This document shows positions 10,483 through 22,414 of a stretch of DNA of 64,000 bases, one piece after another. The position numbers and the translations under genes are program-made. Each line of letters starts with the position of its first letter. Within the stretch, counting starts at the first letter, position 1. The notes below the pieces were generated by a model. It was not told the origin of the DNA. It saw only the letters and a program-made list of their open reading frames with translations, and made no database searches. Location: contig OZ219754.1 of the NCBI GenBank assembly GCA_964291295.2, positions 1,472,001 through 1,536,000 of the forward strand, written 5' to 3'. The stretch comes from an uncultured Candidatus Binatia bacterium. Lineage in GTDB: Bacteria; Desulfobacterota; Binatia; UBA9968; JAJDTQ01.

Positions 10483-11568
10483 CTAGTCCCGTATGTTCTG
10501 GGTGAACCACTCCCTGGGGATCTCCCGGCCCATACCGAGCTCCCGCGCCTTCCGCACCACATACCCGGCCACGGAGGCGAACTGGAGTCCCTGGGTGCCG
10601 TCGTTCAGGAACAGGGTCACGTCCGAATCCTTGCGCCGACCCTGGGCCGCACCGTCCATCAGATCCGTCAGCAGGGGGTGCCGCCCGGCGAAGAGGTCGA
10701 CGCCGGGATTGACCACGCGCGCGGTCTCCTCGTCGGTGCCGGCGACATAGGAAGCGTATCCGGCGATGCGCCGCATGCCCTGGTCCAGGGTGCCGATGGT
10801 ACCGCGCCCGAGCTTCACGATGACGTCGCAGCGGTGGAGGATGCCGGGTTCCCATTCGTTGCCGCGGACGCAGGTGACGAAGGCGCCGTCCTCCACCCAG
10901 CCGGAGTCTTCCACCACCACCCGGACCGAGTCGGTACAGGTGGCCACCATGTCCGAGCCCCGTACCACCTCTTCCACGCCTTCATGCGCCGTCACCGGGA
11001 CGCCGAGCCGCGCGCTCATCCGGCGCGCGTAGGCCTCGCGGTTGGCCGGGGTGGGACTGTAGACCTTGACTTCCCGGAGCCTGCGGACCTCGGCGAAGGC
11101 CCGCAGGTAGGTTTCGGCCATGCCGCCGGAGCCGAGCATGCCCACCACCGAGGCCGCCTCCCGGGCCAGGTACCGGGCCGCCAGTCCGGCGCAGGCGCCC
11201 ACTCGCATGTGCTGGATGACGCCGTCGTTGATGATGGCCAGCGGCTCGGCGTTCCGCGCCGAGAACACCAGCACCAGCCCGCAGTAGGTGCCGGGCTCCA
11301 TGCAGTATTTCTCCACCGTGCGGCCTTCCGGCCATTCGAGCATGTCGGACTTCATGCGAATGGCGAACACGCCGAAGGAGCGGGAGGCGCCCTCCATGGT
11401 CCCCCACCGGTACATGCGCCCGGGGTCGTCCTGGGGCACGTAGAGGTCGATGCGCGGCCGGTACACCGCACGTTCCGCCAGCAGGTCGTGGTAGCCCGTC
11501 TCCAGGGCGTCGATGCACCCCTTCATGTCGAGGATTTCCGCTACGGTTTCATTGTTGATGAGCAGCAT
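10483..11568 (-). CDS. Ornithine cyclodeaminase/mu-crystallin family protein (second paralog)
   Basis: DGVIQHMRVGA, GMLGSGGMA, QGLQFA; C-terminus EWFTQNIRD resembles the 3224-4282 paralog. Confidence 0.85.
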   Translation of the reverse strand: MLLINNETVAEILDMKGCIDALETGYHDLLAERAVYRPRIDLYVPQDDPGRMYRWGTMEGASRSFGVFAIRMKSDMLEWPEGRTVEKYCMEPGTYCGLVLVFSARNAEPLAIINDGVIQHMRVGACAGLAARYLAREAASVVGMLGSGGMAETYLRAFAEVRRLREVKVYSPTPANREAYARRMSARLGVPVTAHEGVEEVVRGSDMVATCTDSVRVVVEDSGWVEDGAFVTCVRGNEWEPGILHRCDVIVKLGRGTIGTLDQGMRRIAGYASYVAGTDEETARVVNPGVDLFAGRHPLLTDLMDGAAQGRRKDSDVTLFLNDGTQGLQFASVAGYVVRKARELGMGREIPREWFTQNIRD

Positions 11569-11709
11569 GGGATCGTCCAGGTGAGGGGCCGCGAAGGGTT
11601 GAAGCGCAACAGGGTCGAATCGTGACGGACTGAATCGTGACGGGTCAAACCTTGAATGGGTGAACCGTTGGTGCGGGAGGTGGGCGCGTGGCAGGTCGGC
11701 GACGGTGCG

Positions 11710-12729
11710 TCATCCCCCCAGTGTGATCATCTCGATCTTGTGGTGCCGTTGCGGGTCGTAGCCGCCGGGCGATCGGATGGCGTTCAGCCGCTCGGCCGAG
11801 AACCGGTCGGTGCGGCCGCTCCAGATGTCCTCCATCCACCGGCGGATCTCGTCGTCGCCGGCGCCGCTCCGCAGCCGCGCCTTGAGGTCGTGGCCGGTGC
11901 GGGAAAAGAGGCAGGTGACCAGCCGTCCGTCGGCGGTCAGGCGGCCCCGGCTGCAAGTGTCGCAGAACGGTTCGGTCACGGACGCCACGATGCCCACCGT
12001 CCCCTTGCCGTCGCGGAATGCGTAGTCCACGGCCGGGGCGTTGCCGCCGTCCCTGCCCACCGGTTCCAGCGTGAAGCGCGCCTGGAGCCGCTCCAGGATG
12101 TCCTTCTTCGTCACCGTCCGTTCCAGGCGCCAGGCGTTGGCCGTTCCCACGTCCATGTACTCGATGAAGCGGATCACGAAACCGTGTTGGCGTCCAAAGG
12201 CCGCGAGGTCGAGGATGTCGTCCTCGTTGACGCCGCGTTCGATGACCGCATTGATCTTGATCGGCTTCAGGCCGGCGTCCCGGGCTGCGAAGAGTCCCTT
12301 CAGGACGCCGCCCAGGTCGCCGCGTCCGGTCACGCGCCTGAAGCGCTCCGGGTCGAGGCTGTCGATGCTCACGTTGATTCGCTTGAGGCCGGCGTCCCGC
12401 AAGGCCCGGGCCATGCCGCTCAGCCGCGAGCCGTTGGTGGTGAGCGCGATGTCCTCGATGCCGTGGATGCGGGCGAGTTGGCGCACCAAGTCCGGGAGGT
12501 CGCGCCGCAGCAACGGCTCACCCCCGGTCAAGCGGATCTTCCGCACGCCCAGGGGCACCGCCAGCCGCACCACCCGGCAGATCTCCTCGTAGGTCAGGAT
12601 CTCCTTCTTGTCGATCCAGTCGTAGTGGTCGAAGGGCATGCAGTAGGCGCAGCGGAAGTTGCACCGGTCCGTCACGGAGATTCGCAGATCCTGCAGGGGG
12701 CGCTGTAATCGGTCGGTCCACACGACCAA
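11710..12729 (-). CDS. moaA: GTP 3',8-cyclase
   Basis: LRISVTDRCNFRCAYCMP, TGGEPLLR, FIEYMD, FCDTCSRGR, C-terminal GG. Confidence 0.95.
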   Translation of the reverse strand: MVVWTDRLQRPLQDLRISVTDRCNFRCAYCMPFDHYDWIDKKEILTYEEICRVVRLAVPLGVRKIRLTGGEPLLRRDLPDLVRQLARIHGIEDIALTTNGSRLSGMARALRDAGLKRINVSIDSLDPERFRRVTGRGDLGGVLKGLFAARDAGLKPIKINAVIERGVNEDDILDLAAFGRQHGFVIRFIEYMDVGTANAWRLERTVTKKDILERLQARFTLEPVGRDGGNAPAVDYAFRDGKGTVGIVASVTEPFCDTCSRGRLTADGRLVTCLFSRTGHDLKARLRSGAGDDEIRRWMEDIWSGRTDRFSAERLNAIRSPGGYDPQRHHKIEMITLGG

Positions 12730-12731
12730 AC

Positions 12732-12760
12732 AATATGGAACCCGCCGGCAACCAAGTCAA
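12732..12760 (-). promoter_or_regulatory. Putative sigma70 promoter of moaA (leaderless or near-leaderless)
   Basis: Minus strand TTGACT-17 nt-CATATT immediately before the start region. Confidence 0.5.
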
Positions 12761-12778
12761 GGAGCGGGGAACGGCAGC

Positions 12779-12807
12779 TTGACGGATGGCGTTCCAGGCG
12801 GAATAAT
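12779..12807 (+). promoter_or_regulatory. Putative sigma70 promoter of the isochorismatase-family gene
   Basis: TTGACG-17 nt-AATAAT. Confidence 0.5.
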
Positions 12808-12840
12808 CGCCGGAATACTACACACGACCGGGGAGGCGGC

Positions 12841-12971
12841 GCCGCGAAAAGTGGTGCCGCGACCGCGAAAAGTGGTGCCGCGAAAAGTGGTGCCGCGACA
12901 AGTGGTGCCGCGACAAGTGGTGCCGCGAAAAGTCGTGCCGAGAAAAGTCGTGCCGCGACACGTTGTCCCGC
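12841..12971. repeat. 15-bp tandem repeat (about 8 copies, GCCGCGA(A/C)AAGT(G/C)GT)
   Basis: Directly visible head-to-tail copies with no spacers. Confidence 0.92.
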
Positions 12972-13003
12972 CTCCCCGGCGCATTTCCCGGAGGGAACCG
13001 CCT

Positions 13004-13723
13004 ATGGCCCATTCATGGGACGATATTCTGACCGACCGCGACAAGGAAGTGTTCGCGCTGTCCGGCTACGGCGCCAGGGCCGGATTCGGCCAGCGGCCCG
13101 CGGTGCTGGTCATCGATGTCAATTACAACTTCGTCGGCGACCGCCGGGAGCCGATCCTGGAATCGGTCAAGCGCTTTCGCAACAGTTGCGGCGAGGAGGG
13201 GTGGGTCGGCGTGGACCACATCGCCAGGCTGCTGGAAGACGCCAGAAAGAAGCACCTGCCGATCTTTTTCACCACCGGCCACGGCGAGGAGGAATCCGTC
13301 GCCTTCGGCCGCTGGCATGGCAAGAATTCCCGCGGCGGCGAGGATTTCGACGAGCTGGCGAAGAAGGGCAACGAGATCGTCGCCGAGATCGCTCCCCGCA
13401 AGGGCGAGGTGGTGGTGCGCAAGCAGAAGCCCAGCGCCTTCTTCGGGACCCCGCTCATGAGTATGCTGAACGAGGTGCACGCCGATACCGTGCTGGTGAC
13501 CGGCACCACCACCAGCGGTTGCGTCCGGGCTTCGGTCATCGACGCGTTCTCGTACAACTACACCGTTGCGGTGGTCGAGGAGTGCACTTTCGACCGGGGC
13601 CAGTCGTCCCACAAGATCAACCTCTTCGACATGAACATGAAGTACGCCGACGTGGTGTCGCTGGACGAAACCCTGGACTATATCCGGAGCCTGCCCGACA
13701 ACCTCTACGCTCCGGCGCTGTAG
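13004..13723 (+). CDS. Isochorismatase-family cysteine hydrolase (N-carbamoylsarcosine amidase/maleamate amidohydrolase-like)
   Basis: LVIDV, KQKPSAFFGT, GTTTSGCVRASVIDA catalytic D-K-C triad. Confidence 0.9.
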   Translation: MAHSWDDILTDRDKEVFALSGYGARAGFGQRPAVLVIDVNYNFVGDRREPILESVKRFRNSCGEEGWVGVDHIARLLEDARKKHLPIFFTTGHGEEESVAFGRWHGKNSRGGEDFDELAKKGNEIVAEIAPRKGEVVVRKQKPSAFFGTPLMSMLNEVHADTVLVTGTTTSGCVRASVIDAFSYNYTVAVVEECTFDRGQSSHKINLFDMNMKYADVVSLDETLDYIRSLPDNLYAPAL

Positions 13724-13775
13724 CGTCGGGTTCCGACCCGCCCGGCCCCGGCGCGGCCGGAAGCGGGTGCGGCTC

Positions 13776-14693
13776 ATGGACGAATTCTCACGGCGAATCC
13801 GCGGTTTCGGAGACTACCTGCGGGATCAGGCGCGGTTCTCTCCCAATTCGGTCAAGGGCTACCTGACGGATGTGGAAGGCTTCCGCCGGTATCTGGAAGA
13901 CAACGGATTCGACCTGGATGCCCCCGGGAACCGGGCGTTCCAGTCGGTGGACACGCCCTGGATCCGGGGCTACCTGAAGACCCTGCACCAGACCTGCAAG
14001 AAGAGCAGCATCGGCCGGAAGCTCGCGGCCCTGAAGGGGTTTTTTCGCTATCTGCTGCGCGAAGGGGTGGTCGTCCGGGATCCGTTGGCCGGTTTCTCGA
14101 CCCCCCGGCAGGAGGTCCCGCTGGTGACCTTCCTTTCCGTCGACGAGGCGTTCCGGGTGCTGGGCTGCCTGCCGGAAGAAGGGATCTTCCCGGCCCGGGA
14201 CCGTGCGGTGATGGAGGTGCTCTATTCGTCCGGGGTTCGGGTCAGCGAGCTGGTGGGCGTGGACTGGCGCGACGTGGACTTCTCGCTGGGGGTGCTCAAG
14301 GTCTTCGGCAAGGGGTCCAGGGAGCGCATCGTCCCGGTGGGGGAGGTGGCGCTGGCGGCGCTGCGGGACTGGGCCGTGCACCAGCGCGGCCATTGGGGGC
14401 GCGAGGCCCGGGGCGCGGAGCCCGTCTTCCTGAACCGTTTCGGCGCCCGCATCACCACCCGGAGCGTGGCCCGGATCGTGGAGAAGTACCTGCGCCTCGC
14501 CGGCATCCCGGTGCGCATGGGCCCCCACGGCCTGCGCCACACGTTCGCCACCCATCTGCTGAACGCCGGCGCGGACCTGCGCTCGATCCAGGAACTTCTG
14601 GGCCATGTCAGCCTGTCCACCACCCAGCGCTACACCCACGTCAATCTCGACCAGCTGACCGCCGTCTACGACCGCGCCCATCCCAGGGCCTGA
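13776..14693 (+). CDS. xerC: Tyrosine recombinase XerC
   Basis: LYSSGVRVSEL, GKGSRER, HGLRHTFATH, LLGH, TQRY; adjacent to hslVU. Confidence 0.88.
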   Translation: MDEFSRRIRGFGDYLRDQARFSPNSVKGYLTDVEGFRRYLEDNGFDLDAPGNRAFQSVDTPWIRGYLKTLHQTCKKSSIGRKLAALKGFFRYLLREGVVVRDPLAGFSTPRQEVPLVTFLSVDEAFRVLGCLPEEGIFPARDRAVMEVLYSSGVRVSELVGVDWRDVDFSLGVLKVFGKGSRERIVPVGEVALAALRDWAVHQRGHWGREARGAEPVFLNRFGARITTRSVARIVEKYLRLAGIPVRMGPHGLRHTFATHLLNAGADLRSIQELLGHVSLSTTQRYTHVNLDQLTAVYDRAHPRA

Positions 14694-14753
14694 AGCGGCC
14701 GCCGGGAGCGCGGGGGCCTGCCAAGTCCCCGGTTTCATGTTAGAGTCTCAAGG

Positions 14754-15284
14754 ATGTTTCACGGCACCACCATCCTTGCGGTGCGGCACGGGGGCCGGAT
14801 CGTGGTGGCGGGCGACGGCCAGGTAAGCCTCGGCGACACGGCGCTGAAGCACACCGCCCGCAAGGTCCGCAAGCTCTATGGCGACCGCGTGATCGCGGGG
14901 TTCGCCGGCGCCACCGCGGACGCGTTCACGCTGTTCGAGAAATTCGAGAACAAGCTTGAGCAGCACGGCGGCGTGTTCCGGCGCGCCGCCGTGGAGTTGG
15001 CCAAGGAATGGCGCACCGACCGGGTGCTCCGGCGGCTGGAGGCCTTGATGATCGTGGCCGATGTCGAGGATTCCCTGGTGGTGTCGGGCAATGGCGACGT
15101 GGTGGAGCCCGACGACGGCGTGATCGCCATCGGCTCCGGCGGGAACTATGCGCTTGCGGCCGCGCGCGCTTTGGTTCATCATAGCCCGCTTGATGCCCGC
15201 GCCATCGCCGAGGAGGCCATGAGGGTGGCCGCGGCGATCTGCGTCTATACGAACGACCATCTGACCATCGAGGAGTTGCCCTGA
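14754..15284 (+). CDS. hslV: ATP-dependent protease subunit HslV
   Basis: [26 protein letters not shown]. Confidence 0.97.
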   Translation: MFHGTTILAVRHGGRIVVAGDGQVSLGDTALKHTARKVRKLYGDRVIAGFAGATADAFTLFEKFENKLEQHGGVFRRAAVELAKEWRTDRVLRRLEALMIVADVEDSLVVSGNGDVVEPDDGVIAIGSGGNYALAAARALVHHSPLDARAIAEEAMRVAAAICVYTNDHLTIEELP

Positions 15285-15350
15285 TTCCGGCCCGGCCTGG
15301 ACCTTTGCGGCCCGGCGTGCGCGGGACACGGATTTCTCAAGACCGATCCC

Positions 15351-16742
15351 ATGAAGGATGAAAGCCGACAGACCAGCGTCCAGGTGTTGAACGGACCGTC
15401 GTTGACGCCGGTCATGACGCCGCGCGAGATCGTTTCGGAGCTGGACCGCTACATCGTGGGTCAGCGCGACGCCAAGCGGGCGGTGGCCGTGGCCGTGCGC
15501 AACCGGTGGCGGCGCCAGCTGGTGCCCGAGGATCTGCGGGACGAGATCGCCCCGAAGAACATCATCATGATCGGCCCCACCGGTGTGGGAAAGACCGAGA
15601 TCTCCCGGCGGCTGGCCAGGCTGGCGCAGGCGCCGTTCATCAAGGTGGAGGCCTCGAAGTTCACCGAGGTGGGGTACGTCGGCAGGGACGTGGAGTCCAT
15701 CATCCGGGATCTCATGGATCTGGCCGTCAAGATGGTCCGGGAGGAGGAACAGGAAAAGGTCCAGGTCAAGGCGAGGGATCTGGCGGAAGAACGGGTCCTG
15801 GATCTGCTGTTGCCGGAACCGGCGGCCCCGGAAAACGGCGACGGCGAGGTGGAGCGGCCGTCGCCCGCCACCCGGGAAAAGCTCCGGACGATGCTTCGGG
15901 CGGGGAAGCTCGACCAACGCGACGTCGATGTCGAGTTGACCCAGAGCATGACGCCGACCATCGAGGTGCTCACCCCGCAGGGGATGGAGGAGATGGAGTC
16001 GAACCTCAAGGAGATGTTCTCCCATCTGCTTCCCCGCCAGTCCAGGAGAAAGACGGTGAAGATTCCCGAGGCCATGAAGCTGCTCGCCCAGGAGGAAGCG
16101 GCCCGGCTCGTGGACATGGACCGGGTGGTGGGCGAGGCCACGAGACGGGTGGAACAGTCCGGGATCGTTTTCATCGACGAGATCGACAAGATCGCCGGGC
16201 GGGAATCCGTCCACGGGCCCGACGTGTCCCGGGAAGGGGTCCAGCGGGATCTGCTGCCCCTTGTGGAAGGCTCGACGGTGAGTTCGAAGTACGGGCTGGT
16301 GCGAACCGATCACATTCTCTTCATCGCCTCCGGCGCCTTTCACAACTCCAGGCCGTCGGACCTGATCCCGGAGTTCCAGGGCCGTTTCCCCATTCGTGTC
16401 GAGTTGAGTTCGCTGGACAAGAACGACTTCGTGCGCATCCTCACCGAGCCCCGGAACGCGCTGATACGCCAGTACGTGGCGTTGCTGGAGACCGAGAAGA
16501 TCCGCCTGCGGTTCCAGCAGGACGCCATCGAGGAGGTGGCGCGCATCAGCGCCGAGGCCAACGAGAAGATGGAGAACATCGGCGCCCGCCGGCTCCACAC
16601 GATCCTCGAGAAGCTCCTGGACGAGGTCTCCTTCACCGCCCCGGAGTTGTCCGGCCGGGAGGTCCGTATCGACGCGGCGTACGTCAACGAACGTCTGGAC
16701 GCCATCCTGAAGGACCAGGACCTGTCCCGGTACATTCTATAG
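15351..16742 (+). CDS. hslU: ATP-dependent protease ATPase subunit HslU
   Basis: [39 protein letters not shown]. Confidence 0.97.
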   Translation: MKDESRQTSVQVLNGPSLTPVMTPREIVSELDRYIVGQRDAKRAVAVAVRNRWRRQLVPEDLRDEIAPKNIIMIGPTGVGKTEISRRLARLAQAPFIKVEASKFTEVGYVGRDVESIIRDLMDLAVKMVREEEQEKVQVKARDLAEERVLDLLLPEPAAPENGDGEVERPSPATREKLRTMLRAGKLDQRDVDVELTQSMTPTIEVLTPQGMEEMESNLKEMFSHLLPRQSRRKTVKIPEAMKLLAQEEAARLVDMDRVVGEATRRVEQSGIVFIDEIDKIAGRESVHGPDVSREGVQRDLLPLVEGSTVSSKYGLVRTDHILFIASGAFHNSRPSDLIPEFQGRFPIRVELSSLDKNDFVRILTEPRNALIRQYVALLETEKIRLRFQQDAIEEVARISAEANEKMENIGARRLHTILEKLLDEVSFTAPELSGREVRIDAAYVNERLDAILKDQDLSRYIL

Positions 16743-16766
16743 CACCCCGCCCCGGAGCAGCCTGAA

Positions 16767-17660
16767 GTGGATGATTTCATAGGCAAGGCGGAAGTCCTGC
16801 TGGAAGCGCTGCCGTTCATCAAGCGCTTTTTCGGCAAGACGTTCGTGGTGAAGTACGGCGGCGCGGCCATGGTGGACGCGCAGCTCAAGCAGAGCTTCGC
16901 CCAGGACATCGTGCTGCTCAAGTACGTGGGCATCAATGTGGTGGTGGTCCACGGCGGCGGCCCCCAGATCAACCAGACCCTGGGCAGGATGGGCATCGAG
17001 AGCCGCTATGTGCGGGGCATGCGGGTCACCGACTCGGAGACCCTCGACATCATCGAGATGGTGCTGGTGGGCAAGGTCAACAAGGAGATCGTCGCCCTCA
17101 TCAACCAGCACGGCGGCGCCGCGGTGGGCCTCAGCGGCAAGGACGGCGAGCTTGTCCTGGCGCGCAAGATGAACGTGACGGTGCCGGGCGACGGCGAGAG
17201 CACCGAGATCATCGACATCGGCATGGTGGGGGAGGTGGTCCGGGTCGACCCCACGGTGATCCGCTCCCTGGACGGCAACCGGTTCATCCCGGTCATCGCG
17301 CCGGTGGGCGTGGGCGAGACGGGCGAGACCTACAACATCAACGCCGATCTGGTGGCGGGACGGGTGGCCGCCGCCCTGGGTGCGGAAAAGCTCATCCTGC
17401 TCACCGACGTGGAAGGGGTGCGGGACCGGGACGGCGGGCTGATCCGCACCCTCACCGTCTCCGAGGCGGCGGCGCTCATCAACGGAGACGTGGTCTCTTC
17501 CGGCATGATCCCCAAGGTCGAGTGCTGTGTGGAGGCCCTGAACGACGGCGTGGTCAAGACCCACATCCTCGACGGCCGGGACCGGCACGCCGTGCTGCTG
17601 GAGATCTTCACCAACCAGGGCGTCGGCACCGAAGTGATACGGGATCCGCAGGGCGGCTGA
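16767..17660 (+). CDS. argB: Acetylglutamate kinase
   Basis: VVKYGG, VHGGGP, GMRVTD, NINAD, GMIPK. Confidence 0.96.
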   Translation: MDDFIGKAEVLLEALPFIKRFFGKTFVVKYGGAAMVDAQLKQSFAQDIVLLKYVGINVVVVHGGGPQINQTLGRMGIESRYVRGMRVTDSETLDIIEMVLVGKVNKEIVALINQHGGAAVGLSGKDGELVLARKMNVTVPGDGESTEIIDIGMVGEVVRVDPTVIRSLDGNRFIPVIAPVGVGETGETYNINADLVAGRVAAALGAEKLILLTDVEGVRDRDGGLIRTLTVSEAAALINGDVVSSGMIPKVECCVEALNDGVVKTHILDGRDRHAVLLEIFTNQGVGTEVIRDPQGG

Positions 17661-17663
17661 GCC

Positions 17664-18860
17664 ATGTCGAACCTTGAGGTACGGGAACGGACCGACGCAA
17701 GCGTGATGCACACCTACGCGCGCTTCCCCATCGCGCTGGTGAGGGGGGAAGGGGCGCGGGTGTGGGACGCCGACGGCAAGGAGTATCTGGACTTCGCGGC
17801 CGGCATCGCCGTCAACAGTCTCGGGCACTGCCACCCGGCGGTGGCCAAGGCCGTGTCGGAGCAGGTGCGGACCCTGATCCACGTCTCGAACCTGTACCAC
17901 ATCGAGCCTCAGGCCCGACTGGCAAAGGCGCTCTGCGACCATTCCTTCGCCGACCGGGTGTTCTTCTGCAACAGCGGCGCCGAGGCCAACGAGGCGGCCA
18001 TCAAGCTGGCCCGGCGCCACGGCGCCGAACAGGCCGGCGGGAGAAGCGAGATCCTCACCGCCCTCAACTCCTTTCACGGGCGTACCCTGGCCACCCTGAC
18101 GGCCACCGGCCAGGAGAAGATCCGGCTCGGCTACGATCCGCTGCCGGCGGGTTTCCGCCACGTCCCGTTCAACGACCTCGACGCGGCGGAGGCGGCGGTG
18201 GACGAGCGCACCGCGGCCATCCTGGTGGAGCCCATCCAGGGCGAGGGCGGCGTGGTGGTGCCGGACGTCTCCTATATCCGGGGGCTGCGGCAGCTCTGCG
18301 ACGACAAGGGCGTGCTGCTGATGTTCGACGAGGTCCAGGTGGGCATGGGCCGCACCGGCCGGCTCTTCGGCTACCAGCACTTCGGCGTCGAGCCCGACGT
18401 CATGACCTTGGCCAAGGCCCTGGGCGGCGGCCTGCCCCTGGGCGCCATGCTGGCGCGCGAAGCCGTGGCCGGGAGCTTTCCGCCGGGGTCCCACGCCTCC
18501 ACCTTCGGCGGCAACCCGGTGGTGTGCCGCGCCGGGCTGGCGGTGATGGACACCCTCCTGGAACAGGGGCTGGCGGCGCACGGCGAGGCGGTGGGCGGCC
18601 TGTTGCGGCAGGGGCTGGAGGCGCTGGCGCAACGCTTCGGCTTCATCCGCGAAGTGCGCGGCAAGGGGCTCCTGCTGGGCGTGGAGCTGGACCGCGAGTG
18701 CGCGCCGGTGGTGCGGGAGTGCATGGAGGAGGGCCTGCTGGTGGTGCCGGCAGGTCCCCGCGTGCTGCGCATGGCACCGCCGCTGATCATCGAGGCGGAG
18801 GACGTGGAAGAGGCGCTGTCCGTCCTCGAGCGGGTTCTGGAAAGGGTGTCGGAGCCATGA
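17664..18860 (+). CDS. argD: Acetylornithine aminotransferase
   Basis: NSGAEANE, FHGRT, EPIQGEGG, DEVQ, AKALGGG, STFGGNP. Confidence 0.94.
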   Translation: MSNLEVRERTDASVMHTYARFPIALVRGEGARVWDADGKEYLDFAAGIAVNSLGHCHPAVAKAVSEQVRTLIHVSNLYHIEPQARLAKALCDHSFADRVFFCNSGAEANEAAIKLARRHGAEQAGGRSEILTALNSFHGRTLATLTATGQEKIRLGYDPLPAGFRHVPFNDLDAAEAAVDERTAAILVEPIQGEGGVVVPDVSYIRGLRQLCDDKGVLLMFDEVQVGMGRTGRLFGYQHFGVEPDVMTLAKALGGGLPLGAMLAREAVAGSFPPGSHASTFGGNPVVCRAGLAVMDTLLEQGLAAHGEAVGGLLRQGLEALAQRFGFIREVRGKGLLLGVELDRECAPVVRECMEEGLLVVPAGPRVLRMAPPLIIEAEDVEEALSVLERVLERVSEP

Positions 18861-19833
18861 AGACGCGGGCGGTACGGACGTTGCGGGATCTTGCCCGGGC
18901 GGACCTGGACGAAGTCCTCGCGCTGGCCGCAGCCCTCAAGCGGGAACGCCGGGCGGGGTGCCTGCGGCCGTTGCTGGCCGGAAGGAAGCTCGCACTGCTG
19001 TTCCAGAAGCCCAGCCTGAGGACCCGGGCCACCTTCGACATCGGCATGACGGAACTGGGGGGTTCCACGCTGTTCCTGGGACCCGACGAGGTGCAACTGG
19101 GCCAACGCGAGACGCCGGCCGACTGCGTCCGGGTGTTGAGCCGGCTGGTGGACATCATCGCGGTGCGGACCTTCGCCCAGGAGGTGGTGACGGAGATGGC
19201 GCGCCACGCTTCGGTGCCGGTCATCAACGCGCTGTCCGACCGCTATCATCCCTGCCAGGTGCTGGCGGACCTGCTCACCCTGCGGGAGTGCCGGGGGCGG
19301 ATCGAAGGGCTCAGGGTGGCGTTCGTGGGGGACGGCAACAACGTGGCGCATTCCTGGCTGCTGGCCGCGGAAAAGCTGCCGTTCCGGTTCACCCTGGCCT
19401 GTCCCGAGGGTTTCGGACCCGACGGCGCGGTCTTCGACGCGGCGGTGGCCGCGGGCGCGGACGCGGCCGTCACCCATGAACCGGCCGAGGCCGTGAAGGA
19501 CGCCGACGCCATCTATACCGACGTGTGGGCGAGCATGGGCCGGGAGGCCGAGGCCGGCGACCGGCGGCGGGCCTTCGCCGCCTTTCAGGTCAACGCCGCG
19601 CTGGTGGCCCGGGCGAAGCGGGATGTGGCGGTGATGCACTGCCTGCCGGCCCACCGGGGCCAGGAGATCACCGGCGAGGTCATCGAAGGCCGCCACTCGG
19701 TGGTGTTCGAGCAGGCCGAGAACCGCCTCCACGTCCAGAAGGCGCTGATGGTGTGGTGCCTCGGCGGGGAAGCCCGGATGGCCGGGCAGGTCCGACAGTC
19801 CACGCAGCATCAGCGGAGCGAACGGAGAGGTCC

Positions 19834-19837
<4 letters not shown>
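18857..19837 (+). CDS. argF: Ornithine carbamoyltransferase
   Basis: [35 protein letters not shown]; ATGA overlap with argD. Confidence 0.94.
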
Positions 19838-21033
<1,196 letters not shown>

Positions 21034-21038
21034 CCGGC

Positions 21039-22412
21039 ATGGCGAAGAAGAAACAGCTCTGGGGAGGCCGGTTCGCCGGCTCCACCGCGGATTCGGTGGT
21101 GGCCTTCACCGCCTCCGTGGACGTGGACCGGCGTCTTTACCGCCACGATATCGCCGGCAGCGTCGCCCATGCCCGCATGCTCGGCCGGCAGGGCATCATC
21201 CCCGCGGCCGACGCCCGCAGGATCGTCTCCGGCCTGCGGGCGGTCCGGAAGGAGATCGAGAGCGGCGCCTTCCCCTTCAGCCTTGCCGACGAAGATATCC
21301 ACATGAACATCGAGCGCCGGCTCACCGAGATGATCGGCAGCGTCGGGGAGAAGCTGCACACCGCCCGGAGCCGCAACGACCAGGTGAGCCTGGACATGCG
21401 GCTCTACCTCCGGGAGGCCCTGGACGGCATCCTGGGAGATCTGGAGGCGTTGCAGCAGGCGCTGGCGGCCGCGGCCCGGAGGAACGAGGATGTGCTGATG
21501 CCCGGCTACACCCACCTCCAGCGGGCCCAGCCCGTGCTCCTGGCCCACCACCTGCTGGCCTATGTGGAGATGTTCGAGCGGGACCGGAGCCGCTACCACC
21601 ATTGCCGGGCGGAGACCGACGTCATGCCCTTGGGCTCCGGTGCGCTGGCGGGCACGAGTTTTCCCATCGACCGCGCCTACGTCGCCCGGCTACTGGGCTT
21701 TGCGCGGCTTTCGCCGAACAGCATCGACGCCGTCGGCGACCGGGATTTCGTGCTCGAGTTCCTGTCGGCGTCCGCCATCCTGTTCGTGCATCTCAGCCGC
21801 ATGGCGGACGAGTGGATACTCTGGTCGAGCGAGGAGTTCGGCTTCATCGAACTGCCCGACGCCTACTGCACGGGCAGCTCCATGATGCCGCAGAAGAAGA
21901 ACCCCGACGTGGCCGAACTGATCCGCGGCAAGACCGGGCGGGTGTACGGCCACCTCCACGCGCTGCTGACCATCATGAAGGGGCTGCCGCTGGCCTACAA
22001 CCGCGACCTCCAGGAGGACAAGGAGCCGCTGTTCGACACCGTGGACACGGTGTCGGCGTGCCTGCGCATGGCCCGGGAGCTGGTGAACGGGCTGAAGGTC
22101 CGGGCCGACCGGATGCTGGCGGCGGCGGAGGACGGCTTCATGAACGCCACCGACCTGGCGGACTACGTCGTCGGCCGGGGTTTCAGCTTCCGCGCCGCAC
22201 ACGACGCCGTGGGCCGGGCGGTGCGCCGCTGCATCGACACGGGGTGCCGGCTGCAGGACCTCTCCCTGGAGGAGCTCCGGGAGTACTTTCCGGACATCGG
22301 ACCGGACGTCTACAAGGTTCTGAAGGTCCGCGCGGTGGTGGCGCGGCGGCGCGCACCGGGCGGCACCGCGCCCGTCAATGTGCGCCGGCGGCTGAAGCGG
22401 CTGGGGGTCTGA
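21039..22412 (+). CDS. argH: Argininosuccinate lyase
   Basis: LWGGRF, EDIH, RSRNDQ, GYTHLQ, GSSMMPQKKNPD. Confidence 0.97.
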   Translation: MAKKKQLWGGRFAGSTADSVVAFTASVDVDRRLYRHDIAGSVAHARMLGRQGIIPAADARRIVSGLRAVRKEIESGAFPFSLADEDIHMNIERRLTEMIGSVGEKLHTARSRNDQVSLDMRLYLREALDGILGDLEALQQALAAAARRNEDVLMPGYTHLQRAQPVLLAHHLLAYVEMFERDRSRYHHCRAETDVMPLGSGALAGTSFPIDRAYVARLLGFARLSPNSIDAVGDRDFVLEFLSASAILFVHLSRMADEWILWSSEEFGFIELPDAYCTGSSMMPQKKNPDVAELIRGKTGRVYGHLHALLTIMKGLPLAYNRDLQEDKEPLFDTVDTVSACLRMARELVNGLKVRADRMLAAAEDGFMNATDLADYVVGRGFSFRAAHDAVGRAVRRCIDTGCRLQDLSLEELREYFPDIGPDVYKVLKVRAVVARRRAPGGTAPVNVRRRLKRLGV

Positions 22413-22414
22413 GG

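Noticed and set aside
12841-12971. Possible CRISPR array
   Set aside because: 15-bp units are head-to-tail with no unique spacers, and there are no cas genes
13776-14693. Tyrosine recombinase as a mobile-element integrase
   Set aside because: Size, motifs and linkage to hslVU-argB indicate housekeeping XerC; it is 20 kb from the island
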